Below, piece by piece: positions 28,045-36,981 of a stretch of 64,000 nt of DNA. Position 1 is the stretch's first letter. Every line of letters begins with the position of its first letter. Source of the DNA: a virus. The DNA lies in IMG/VR virus record IMGVR_UViG_3300045988_097954, positions 1 to 64,000 of that record; one strand, given 5' to 3'. The position numbers and the translations under genes were made by a program. The notes below the pieces were generated by a model. It saw nothing but the letters and a program-made list of their open reading frames with translations, was not told the DNA's origin and did not search any database.

Positions 28045-28619
28045 GACAAATCGAAAAAGAAGAATTAATGCAGATGGCAACTAGAGCCGTTGGTCAAATC
28101 GACCGTATCTACTTACATTGGTCTGCTGGCAGATACAACCAAAGTCACACCGACAGCTATCACATATGTATTGACGACCAAGGACGTTGGTTTACCGATG
28201 TATACGAATTGACTGAACACAGAGACCATACATATATGCGAAATTATCGGTCTATTGCCATCTGTTTAAACGGTTGTTTTGATGCAACAGGGATTTACAA
28301 TATGGGCACTCAACCGCCAACAGATGCACAAATCTATGCAATGTCATATGTTGTGGCACTATTGTGTGTTCAAATGGGTATACCACTCGATATACAACAT
28401 GTAATGACACATGCAGAAGCTGCGGATAACAAAGACGGCATGGATTTGTATTATCTTGACTATACTGGATATCCAAACAATACTTACGGTCCAGAGTCAA
28501 ATTGTGACCGTTGGGATTTATGGGTTTTACATCAAGGAGACCCTGAGTGGTCTGGCGGAGAAAACATTCGTGGCAACGCACGATTCATCGCCAAGAACGA
28601 ATGGGGGTATGATATCTGA
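28041..28619 (+). CDS. endolysin, N-acetylmuramoyl-L-alanine amidase (Amidase_2/PGRP-like)
   Basis: IYLHWSAG and MTHAEAA motifs. Sits in the lysis-cassette position. No obvious wall-binding domain. Confidence 0.6.
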   Translation: MRQIEKEELMQMATRAVGQIDRIYLHWSAGRYNQSHTDSYHICIDDQGRWFTDVYELTEHRDHTYMRNYRSIAICLNGCFDATGIYNMGTQPPTDAQIYAMSYVVALLCVQMGIPLDIQHVMTHAEAADNKDGMDLYYLDYTGYPNNTYGPESNCDRWDLWVLHQGDPEWSGGENIRGNARFIAKNEWGYDI

Positions 28620-28894
28620 TGAAGATACACATGAAAGAACCATGCGTATGGAGAACCCTTGGTGCTGTCTTTAGTGTCTGTCTTGTTGGATTATTCGTAT
28701 GTGTGTATCTGTTGTTTAGTGGTATCCACGAGCATGAACAACAGTTACGACATACGGAACAACAACTGCATCAAACACAAATACAACTACAGATTACAAA
28801 ACAAGAACGCACAATATTACAACAAAAGATTGACATGCTAGAGAATATTGAATACGAGCGTGGTACATTAGAACCACCAATGGAGACACGATGA
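28619..28894 (+). CDS. TM plus coiled-coil protein (i-spanin-like topology)
   Basis: 91 aa with an N-terminal TM segment and a Gln-rich coiled coil. Confidence 0.5.
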   Translation: MKIHMKEPCVWRTLGAVFSVCLVGLFVCVYLLFSGIHEHEQQLRHTEQQLHQTQIQLQITKQERTILQQKIDMLENIEYERGTLEPPMETR

Positions 28895-29386
28895 ATGACA
28901 AAATCAAATCATATGTATTCAACCATCAGAAAAGTTCTATTGTTATCTGTATTGGGATTATTCTTTTGTGTGCCATCGGTATATGGTACTTCATCAGAGC
29001 CAACAGTAACATTGACACTACAGGAATACAACACGCTACAACAGAACTTCACAACGCTGGAGAATACAATCGACAATCAATTGAATACAATCAACGAATT
29101 AGAGACTCAATTATCACTAGCGAAAGCATCAACCAGCGAGCAACAACAGATGTTGAACGAATTATTGAATCTACTAAAGGAACAACATCAAGAATTGACA
29201 GAAGCCAAGAACTCGTTAGAGATGCAAAACAAGACGCTATTGATGCAAAAAGAATCGTTGGCGAAAGCAGAAGCATACTTGAAAATGCAAGAGCGAGAAC
29301 TGAAAAGAGCACAACAGGACAGCCGTAGAGCTAAGCTATTGAATGTTCTGTTGGGAGCAGGAGTTATCTATTTGGCATCTCGATGA
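28895..29386 (+). CDS. signal peptide plus coiled coil plus C-terminal TM protein (u-spanin-like topology)
   Basis: 163 aa. An alternative, almost co-extensive ORF at 28891..29328 in another frame also has an N-terminal TM segment. Confidence 0.45.
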   Translation: MTKSNHMYSTIRKVLLLSVLGLFFCVPSVYGTSSEPTVTLTLQEYNTLQQNFTTLENTIDNQLNTINELETQLSLAKASTSEQQQMLNELLNLLKEQHQELTEAKNSLEMQNKTLLMQKESLAKAEAYLKMQERELKRAQQDSRRAKLLNVLLGAGVIYLASR

Positions 29387-29457
29387 TTGGATGGTGGTCT
29401 ATCTTATCTCTACAGCATACAGTAGTGGATGTATGCATATATCTTGATATTAAAAAT

Positions 29458-29492
29458 GGGAGTATACCTAAGTGGTATACTCCCAAATTTTT
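29458..29492. terminator. bidirectional terminator (lysis cassette / dnaE convergent)
   Basis: 11-bp stem GGGAGTATACC/GGTATACTCCC flanked by an A-run and a T-run. Confidence 0.75.
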
Positions 29493-29496
29493 GCGT

Positions 29497-32253
29497 TTAA
29501 GGGGTATTTTGTTTTAGTTCTAATGGTTTAACCTTGCGAATTGTGTCACCATATACTTGGATATAATACCCTTTGCCACACTCAAGTTCGACCAAATAAT
29601 TAGACCACATGACATATCTATTGCCGTTATGGTCTAAGATATTCGCCATGGGTTTGCCTGCTTTGGTTGTTCGTCTCTCGAATTTGCTACAGATGATTGC
29701 CTTGACGTCACGACCATTTGCTAGATTTGTGTTATATCCCTTTAGAGGGTCTTCAAATGAACACCCAAGGTATTTATATCTAAGAGTACTCACAGACACC
29801 TTACAGGTTAAATTTGGCGATTCTATGAGCATTATAGAGTTATATTTATCAGTCCATTCTTGTATCTTGTTTTCAATAGATACCTTTTTCTTTTTCATTG
29901 ACTGTTGTTGCTTGAGTGTTACATTATCAAACTCTTGAGACATTAATTTCTCATGTTCTAACAATTTGGCTTTCCACTCGTCAATTTTCGCCAATGCGTT
30001 CTTTCTGTCTCCATCATAGGATTTATACTCAGGGATTAGTGCCATTAATTCATTGGTATCGCCCAAGAAATCCAATGCACCACTACCGACTAGACCTTCA
30101 AGTTGAAGCTTTGTGTATTTACTAAAGATAGCATCAATGGTATATTCATGTGGTTTTTCAATCTTGTTGATACCACGGATATATGAAAGTCCAACTCGGA
30201 TGGAATTCCCCTGTACTGTCCATTCACGTTTACTGTACCTTAGGTCAGGTGGTAAAATCTCGATACCCTTGCGTTTAATCTCTTGAATGTACGGTAGTAT
30301 TTTCTCTTGATTGCCGTCTTCGGAATTAATGGTTGCTACATAGAATTCCAACGGATAGTGAGCCTTTAGGTATGCAGTTATGTATGCCATATATCCGTAT
30401 GATTGACTGTGAGAGTTACATACGACCAAGCCATTGTTCACAACAAATGTATGGTTCGGATGTGCCATTTCTACGTCATAAACATCTTCAACACCGACAT
30501 ACGTAATAGACTTGATTTTATCAGCATTCAACAAATAACCGTGGTCGCCTTTTTTAGCACGCCCATGTTTATAATGTTCTTTTTTATGACAAGACACACA
30601 AAGCCATTGGAAGTTGTCTAAATCGTTATTCTTGCGATTAAAGTCTTTATGATGCATTTCAAATCGAGTAGACCCATATTCGCATCCGCACAATTCACAA
30701 GGTCTTTGTTCTTGTTTTGCATTTTCGATAGACTGCTCAAAGTTCCGATATGGACTGTAGTCTTTTCGTTGAAAACCTTGTTGACCTTTTGTTGGTAAAT
30801 TATCAGAACGCTTCAAACCAGTTAAATTATATGTATCTTTGACGACTGCTCTTTCACCTTTGGTATATAATAAATCACCGACTTGCAATTCACTCAATAG
30901 CTTGATACCATCTGGTGTAGGAAATTTATGTTTCATAGTTGATTTTACAAAAGAACCGTTTTCTGTTTCAACTAAGTAAACATCGTTTTTACCCTTATAG
31001 TAGATGTCAACAATATCATTTATTTTAATTCTATCGTCAACCATACTGAGAGATTTACCATAGCCATTTCTACGGTACTTACCCCTCAATGCTGTGTGAC
31101 CGTTCTTTTTCGCCCAATCATTATCATGCATTGTTTTATACATTTCTGCGACCGTCAATGGTTTATGACGACCCTTGTCTCTATACAGCACAGTATCACC
31201 AGAAATACAATGGTTAAACGAATAAGAGCCTGCTGCAACAATCATATCTAAAATCTGTTGTGCAACCTCTGGGTCTGTACCTGTGGATTTTGCACGTTCG
31301 ATGAATTCACCTGTAATCTGTTGCATTAAATCATGGTCTTTTTTGCCGATGGCTCTACGAACGGTGTCTGCTTCTGCCATACTGTAGCCACCAATTACTT
31401 GTACAACTTTCATAATGTCTTCTTGATATAGCATGATACCGTATGTTTCAGACAAGACATCTTTGAGTCGTGTGTCTAAATATTCAAACGGCTTGCCATT
31501 TCTTCGGTCAATAAACTCTTGTAATGTACCACCAAGAATACATGCTGGTCTATATAACGCAACAACAGAAATTAAGTCAACAAAAGACCTTGGTGCAATA
31601 TCTTTTAGAACTTGAGTCATGCCATATGATTTCATTTGGAATACACCAAGCGTATCGCCTTTACGTAATAACTCAAGTGTTTTCTCGTCATTCCACGGCA
31701 AATTAATTAAATCTAGGGTGTCCTTAACGCCTGCGATAGTTACACAATCGTCAATAACATCCAGTGTTCTTAACCCAAGAATATCCTCTTTTAGAAATCC
31801 CATGGACTCCAAATGTTTAAAATTTGTAGATGCCACATATGTTTCTTCCTTTGTTTTAGAATCTTTTTGCATTTCTAAAGAGCAGTACTTTGTAATATCT
31901 TGATTTGATACAATAACTGCCGATGCATGCTTACCAAAGCCAGTCATAATACCGACCAACTGTTTTGCTAAAGAGAATAGCTCTGGATATTTATGGTCGT
32001 TCACATGTTCTAGTTTTGCATGTTCTAGTTCATCATCGTAGAAATCTTTATCATCATCGAATGACACCTTTTTAATTTTCTTTGAGTACGCATCTGCAAT
32101 ATCTTTATCAACCCCAAGACATCGTGCGGCTTCCTTGAGTGCACCTGCTGCTTTCATGTATGAGAATGTACGACATTGGTATACATATTTGTATTTTTCT
32201 TTTAAATATTCAATGACTTCCGCACGTCTTACTTGGGAACAATCGTTGTCAAT
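29497..32253 (-). CDS. dnaE: DNA polymerase III alpha (DnaE-type), exon 2, includes the intein
   Basis: The frame is open upstream of the annotated Met and reads IDNDCSQVRRAEVIEYLKEKY. This completes the RVSxxDxDxD catalytic motif begun in exon 1. Confidence 0.85.
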   Translation of the reverse strand: MDNDCSQVRRAEVIEYLKEKYKYVYQCRTFSYMKAAGALKEAARCLGVDKDIADAYSKKIKKVSFDDDKDFYDDELEHAKLEHVNDHKYPELFSLAKQLVGIMTGFGKHASAVIVSNQDITKYCSLEMQKDSKTKEETYVASTNFKHLESMGFLKEDILGLRTLDVIDDCVTIAGVKDTLDLINLPWNDEKTLELLRKGDTLGVFQMKSYGMTQVLKDIAPRSFVDLISVVALYRPACILGGTLQEFIDRRNGKPFEYLDTRLKDVLSETYGIMLYQEDIMKVVQVIGGYSMAEADTVRRAIGKKDHDLMQQITGEFIERAKSTGTDPEVAQQILDMIVAAGSYSFNHCISGDTVLYRDKGRHKPLTVAEMYKTMHDNDWAKKNGHTALRGKYRRNGYGKSLSMVDDRIKINDIVDIYYKGKNDVYLVETENGSFVKSTMKHKFPTPDGIKLLSELQVGDLLYTKGERAVVKDTYNLTGLKRSDNLPTKGQQGFQRKDYSPYRNFEQSIENAKQEQRPCELCGCEYGSTRFEMHHKDFNRKNNDLDNFQWLCVSCHKKEHYKHGRAKKGDHGYLLNADKIKSITYVGVEDVYDVEMAHPNHTFVVNNGLVVCNSHSQSYGYMAYITAYLKAHYPLEFYVATINSEDGNQEKILPYIQEIKRKGIEILPPDLRYSKREWTVQGNSIRVGLSYIRGINKIEKPHEYTIDAIFSKYTKLQLEGLVGSGALDFLGDTNELMALIPEYKSYDGDRKNALAKIDEWKAKLLEHEKLMSQEFDNVTLKQQQSMKKKKVSIENKIQEWTDKYNSIMLIESPNLTCKVSVSTLRYKYLGCSFEDPLKGYNTNLANGRDVKAIICSKFERRTTKAGKPMANILDHNGNRYVMWSNYLVELECGKGYYIQVYGDTIRKVKPLELKQNTP
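30415..31209 (-). mobile_element. intein (265 aa) with HNH endonuclease domain
   Basis: Inserted in the conserved YSFNH|CISGDTVL ... NGLVVCN|SHSQSYGY site (host motif GFNKSH). The internal motif CELCGCE..HHKD..N..WLCVSCHKKEH is HNH-like. Confidence 0.75.
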
Positions 32254-33102
32254 CCTGTTTACCCTCTGTTTCCAGATATTTATTAGGGGAGTAGACTATC
32301 TCATCATCTTGTTAAAAACAAGAGCCTTGCACTTCCATTGGGGCAATATCCAATGTACTTCACTACTGTGAATAGTCGTTACACTTTATATGAAAACAAC
32401 CAACTTTACGATACTTATGCATAGAACTTAGTGAGCCACCATAAACTTTATGGAAATATCTTGACGCTTCAAGACACGACTGAAAACTTTTTATTGGTGT
32501 ATCACCGTTATATAATGTACACTCTCTAAAATTACGGACAGGCGACATTGTTTGGTAAGATTTATATAAATTTTCCTTTCTTGTTACCCATCTTAAATTA
32601 GAGACATGATTATTTTTAATATTATTATCTATGTGGTCTACTTCTGGCAAGTTATTCGGATTAGGAATAAAAGCCATTGCGACCAATCGGTGAACAGAAA
32701 ATTGTTTAGTTATATTATTCTTGTTTAGCCGAACGTACATATATTTACTTCTGGTTGTAGGTGCTTGAGAAATAAAACGTTTAGAATAATTGCTATAAAC
32801 ACGACCATCTTCATATACGATATAATTCTCATACCCCTTAATTGGTTTTGATTTCATTATTACCTCTTTTTAGAGGTTGTTTTCATACCTTAGCACGGTA
32901 TTATCTGCTATCTCGTGTATTATATACACTAGACCGTAGACTCTCTTACGAAGCGTATTCGCCTATGGATAAAGACTATAATTGTCATATAGCCAGTCTT
33001 ATTTAACTTCTACCGTTAGCCGTCTATTGACGACACCGCTTTTGCCATAGCGTTCACAAGGTTCTCAGCTATGTGTCACCACACGCTCGGACATTAAAAT
33101 CT
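32254..33102 (-). mobile_element. group I intron interrupting dnaE
   Basis: Exon 1 ends in U. P1 is exon CGGAU paired with intron GUCCG (33088-33092), giving a U.G pair at the splice site. The intron ends in G. Both exons are in frame (1197 + 2757 nt). Confidence 0.7.
32363..32857 (-). CDS. HNH homing endonuclease (NUMOD4/HNH_3 type), intron-encoded
   Basis: The start IKGYENYIVYEDGRVYS, plus VHRLVAMAF..EVDHIDNNIKNNHVSNLRWVT. Confidence 0.8.
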   Translation of the reverse strand: MKSKPIKGYENYIVYEDGRVYSNYSKRFISQAPTTRSKYMYVRLNKNNITKQFSVHRLVAMAFIPNPNNLPEVDHIDNNIKNNHVSNLRWVTRKENLYKSYQTMSPVRNFRECTLYNGDTPIKSFQSCLEASRYFHKVYGGSLSSMHKYRKVGCFHIKCNDYSQ

Positions 33103-34299
33103 ATCCGCTGGAGATACACGATTTGGGTTCGCAAACCGTTCAAAATACAAGTTGTTTTTAATGGCATCTAAACCGACAATATCGAGTAAATATGCACACT
33201 CGCATCCACCAACCGACCCCCTGCCCACTTGAGACACTGGTATGCCACGCTTGCGACATGCATCGAGCAAGTCTTTGGTAATCAACAAGTAGTCCATATA
33301 CCCAACTTGTTCCAAAATATCAATCTCGTGTAGCACGCGTTCGTCTACCTGTTTTTTGAATTCAGGCGTGACCTTGCCGATAATCTTTTGTTTATACCCA
33401 TCACGCAACGCCTGTAAAAACACAGGTTTAACATCCCCATCTTTAACAAACTTAGGGTATACGTCAAGATTGAAATCAATTTGTGTATTGCATTGGTCGA
33501 ACACAACATTAGTATTCTTTACCATTGTTTCAACCATATCTACACCAAATTGTGGATACAGACGGTCAAACACTTGTGCTTCCGATTGGATAAAAAAGTC
33601 ATTGCTTGCATAGTATTGGTCTTCGTCATCATCTTTAGACCGACCACGGAACGCTTTGTGTAATTCATAGTCTTCTTCATACACATAATGAGAATCACAA
33701 GCGGCAATCAATGGAACATCATACTTGACAGACATTTCTGCAACCATTGCATTAAAACGCTTTTGGTCTTCATGTTGATACGTGTGGATTTCAAAATACA
33801 AGTCGTCACCAAAGATATCTTTAAATTGTGGTATTAATGACTCACGATTATCACCTTTTAGCCATCCACCCATGCATGCAGACGTACAGATTAATCCCTC
33901 AGAGTACTGCTTGATTAAGTCTAAATCAATTCTTGACTTATAATAATAATGTTTATGTGCTTCTGTTGTCAACTTAAATAAGTTCTCAAGACCTGTTTGG
34001 TTTTTCGCAAGAAACAGTATGTGAGAATACGATTTATCTTTAATTGACACATCATATGTATAATACAACTCTGAACCAAAGACCATCTTTAAGTCGGTCT
34101 GATGTTTCTGATTGTATTTCTGTAGATGTACATATGTATCAATCAAGCCTGAGCAACCATTGTGGTCTGTAAGTGCAAACCCTCGTTGTCCAAGTTCATG
34201 TACACGCTTTATGATGCCGTCTACAGAACTTATGGCATCTTTCATACCATAGTTTGAGAATTGTGAATGTAGATGCAAATGAATAAAGTTATCTGCCAT
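33103..34299 (-). CDS. dnaE: DNA polymerase III alpha (DnaE-type), exon 1 (PHP domain)
   Basis: N-terminal FIHLHLHSQFS PHP motif. Ends at ...ERFANPNRVSPAD. The in-frame stop after RF lies in the intron. Confidence 0.85.
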
Positions 34300-34336
34300 A
34301 TATAGTCCTCCTGTTGAAAAATTATTTTATTCACTA

Positions 34337-34370
34337 TTGACATTATACACCATATAACGTATAATTGCAA
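34337..34370. promoter_or_regulatory. overlapping divergent promoter pair (ssb rightward, dnaE leftward)
   Basis: Plus strand: TTGACA(34337)-17-TATAAT(34360). Minus strand: TTGCAA(34365-70)-17-TATAAT(34342-47). Each -35 overlaps the -10 of the other. Confidence 0.6.
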
Positions 34371-34424
34371 GTGAAGACAATTGGTTCTTCAAAAGTATTT
34401 TTCCAACGGAAGGAACAAAAGAAT

Positions 34425-35042
34425 ATGGCAAAAGTAGTAGACAAAATCGTTGATGTAATGACACCAGTTGGTGAGTCTGTTTTCTGTAAAATCAATGGTA
34501 TCGTTGATGATTACATGGGTCAAAACAAGTACACCATTACAATGACTCTTGGTGAGAAAGAAGCTAAGGCATTACAAAAACAATTAGTCAAAATTTGGGA
34601 GCAATCTGAAACTTTCAAAAGTCGTAATGAAGACGAGAAAGAAACAGACCGTCCTAAGATTCCAATCACTAAAAGTAAAGAATATGGGTATCAACTCAAG
34701 GCATCTACCAAGACCGAATTCATTGACAAAAACGGTAATACAAAACAAAATGTGGTGTCCTTGGTTGACGGTCATAAGAAACCTTTGGATGCGAAGACAC
34801 AAATTTGGAAAGGCTCTAAGGTTGCACTATGGATTGGTGCAAAACCATATGAGACTCCAACGATGTACGGTGTGTCTTTAAAACTCAAGGGAATCCAAGT
34901 GATTGAACTTGTGAATGGTGGTTCTGGTGGTGCGTTCGGTGGTTCTGCATCTGATGATGTACAATCTTTTGGCACATCTTCTATGGCTGAAGCATTTGAT
35001 ACACCTGTGGAAGACACAGACTCAGACGCAATCCCATTCTAA
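34425..35042 (+). CDS. ssb: single-stranded DNA-binding protein
   Basis: Gly-rich linker and acidic tail ending DSDAIPF (canonical SSB tip D-x-IPF). Sits in the replication module. Confidence 0.7.
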   Translation: MAKVVDKIVDVMTPVGESVFCKINGIVDDYMGQNKYTITMTLGEKEAKALQKQLVKIWEQSETFKSRNEDEKETDRPKIPITKSKEYGYQLKASTKTEFIDKNGNTKQNVVSLVDGHKKPLDAKTQIWKGSKVALWIGAKPYETPTMYGVSLKLKGIQVIELVNGGSGGAFGGSASDDVQSFGTSSMAEAFDTPVEDTDSDAIPF

Positions 35043-35166
35043 CACAAGATAATACCCTGGTCTACAATTGAATAAACCAAAATTCAACCCAAGTCAAACG
35101 GCTTGGGTATTTTGGCGTTCAAACAATTGCGTTAAAAATTTTGTTGAAAAATTGTGATTTTAACTC

Positions 35167-35195
35167 TTGACAAATTTACTGAAATGTGATACCCT
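35167..35195 (+). promoter_or_regulatory. sigma70-like promoter with extended -10
   Basis: TTGACA-17-(TGA)TACCCT. Confidence 0.4.
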
Positions 35196-35371
35196 TTAAA
35201 ACCTAAGTTTTAATACATAAGAATACCTATGAATGAATACCATAGATTTAATACTGAGGTCTTAAAACATTGGTTGTTCATACCAAGGTTTCTAAAACCA
35301 CAGTTGATAAAACCATGGTTGTTAAAGCGTATGTCTTAAAGCCTACGTTTTACTCTTTATGTTTTAAAACA
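35195..35371. repeat. array of (T)TAAAAC(C) motifs including an 18-bp direct repeat
   Basis: Motif copies at 35195, 35260, 35291, 35307, 35334 and 35362. TAAAACATTGGTTGTTCA and TAAAACCATGGTTGTTAA form a direct repeat. Confidence 0.65.
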
Positions 35372-35461
35372 GTAGTGGAATACTTGTTTGGTAACTTATG
35401 TATACTCACTACGTTCGTATAACATAAGTTACAACGAAAACCATGGAAATTGCTTCGCAAT

Positions 35462-35485
35462 AATCGGCAAGCCGATTGTTTTTTT
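35462..35485 (+). terminator. intrinsic terminator
   Basis: AATCGG-CAAG-CCGATT followed by T7. Confidence 0.7.
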
Positions 35486-35512
35486 ATTCTTAGTCAGAAC
35501 AGAAATTCTTCC

Positions 35513-35541
35513 TTGACTTGGGTAATCTTGTATGATACAAT
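35513..35541 (+). promoter_or_regulatory. sigma70-like promoter
   Basis: TTGACT-17-(TGA)TACAAT. Confidence 0.55.
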
Positions 35542-35581
35542 AAGAGCATACTTAACGAGAATACATGAAAGGAAACCAACC

Positions 35582-35920
35582 ATGGCAATTGACTTTGAAA
35601 AACAAGAACCAAAGAAAAAAGCATGGACACTTACAATGATGTACTTTAAAAAGTGTACAGTTCATGGTGCATTTAAGAATAACAAACCTACATCAGAGTT
35701 CTTTAAGGTTCGCTCATTCTTTATGCAAATTGATGAGAACTCAATGTTAAAATTATACAAGTATATGAACGCTATGGAGCATGCAGATATGTCCTTGACT
35801 GAGTTATTTGTTCATGCCAATGAACTAAATGCAAAACAATTTGCCAAAGCAAATACAAATACAACAGTCAGAGAACGATTACCGTTTGACTTAAATGGGT
35901 GGCTTGATAAAAATGCGTAG
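35582..35920 (+). CDS. hypothetical protein
   Basis: The ATG at 35582 follows GAAAGGAAA. The track's longer start lies in promoter DNA. Confidence 0.6.
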   Translation: MAIDFEKQEPKKKAWTLTMMYFKKCTVHGAFKNNKPTSEFFKVRSFFMQIDENSMLKLYKYMNAMEHADMSLTELFVHANELNAKQFAKANTNTTVRERLPFDLNGWLDKNA

Positions 35921-36350
35921 AGTAACACAGCTTGGGTTCTTAGTTGTAAATAAACCAAAGCCAAAACCAAAAAGAGAAATTCAACAGATAAATCTAAATA
36001 ATTTCTTGAAAAGACTCAAGGAACATCGTTTTGTCAATACTATTGATACGACATCATTAGAAGACATTCTTATTGCACTACCACATATCACTGGTGTATA
36101 TGGAGAAACAACATATCAAACTGTTGGGTCTCTACTTAGAATGGAAATCAAACGAATTAATCGTGCGTTGTTGTCGATGCAATGGAATACTAAAGATATT
36201 GGATTTGGGTCATATAACCGTTCTAAGAACTCATGGATATTCTTGTTTGACTATCAAAGAAACCAAACATATGTGTTTGTTGATAAAACATCATCATTTG
36301 AAACCGAGCTATCCATATGGGAAAGCTCTGACGTAAATTACTGGGGGTAA
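35913..36350 (+). CDS. hypothetical protein (replication module)
   Basis: About 145-aa ORF. Start uncertain (35895 or 35913). Confidence 0.55.
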   Translation: MRRVTQLGFLVVNKPKPKPKREIQQINLNNFLKRLKEHRFVNTIDTTSLEDILIALPHITGVYGETTYQTVGSLLRMEIKRINRALLSMQWNTKDIGFGSYNRSKNSWIFLFDYQRNQTYVFVDKTSSFETELSIWESSDVNYWG

Positions 36351-36351
36351 T

Positions 36352-36981
36352 ATGGACGTTTTAATTGAAATGCATTTACGAAAGTTTATTCAAGTACGAG
36401 CAGAAATCTTGCGTTTACTGGATAAAATAAAAGAATATGGTTTTTACCAAGTAGCACCAGCAGAAAAGAATCTATTGGTTTTTTGGGATAAAAACAATCG
36501 CTTGTATTGCGAAGACCAATATCCATATAAGTTTGCTTTTGTTACAGACGACTGTATTGCAGACTTGACAGATATTAAAACATTTGTTGACTCCATTAGA
36601 ACCCATATGATTCAATGGGGTATCAAGAACACAACTATTGTTGATGACATCAATAAAACATATGATTCGCTAATGGGAATCATGTCAAATGTTGAAAACT
36701 CTTATAGTCCAACTGATATGTATTATCTGCAAAATAGAAACTCGGTATGGCGAAAGAATATTACATCTGAAAGTCATTTTGTAACTCATGTCGATGAAAT
36801 ACCTGAGTATTTACCAATTACGGTATATGGGTATGACAACGAGTTTGTAGACTTGAGAACGGCTGTCAATCAGATGTATTTGCTGAAATGTTGTTTTGAC
36901 CCATCTATTGACTATCAGCTTAATGACAAATATAAACAGGAGGACTTATTAAATGAACACAATAGCGACACTACGGTATAA
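36352..36981 (+). CDS. hypothetical protein (replication module)
   Basis: 209-aa ORF. Confidence 0.6.
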   Translation: MDVLIEMHLRKFIQVRAEILRLLDKIKEYGFYQVAPAEKNLLVFWDKNNRLYCEDQYPYKFAFVTDDCIADLTDIKTFVDSIRTHMIQWGIKNTTIVDDINKTYDSLMGIMSNVENSYSPTDMYYLQNRNSVWRKNITSESHFVTHVDEIPEYLPITVYGYDNEFVDLRTAVNQMYLLKCCFDPSIDYQLNDKYKQEDLLNEHNSDTTV

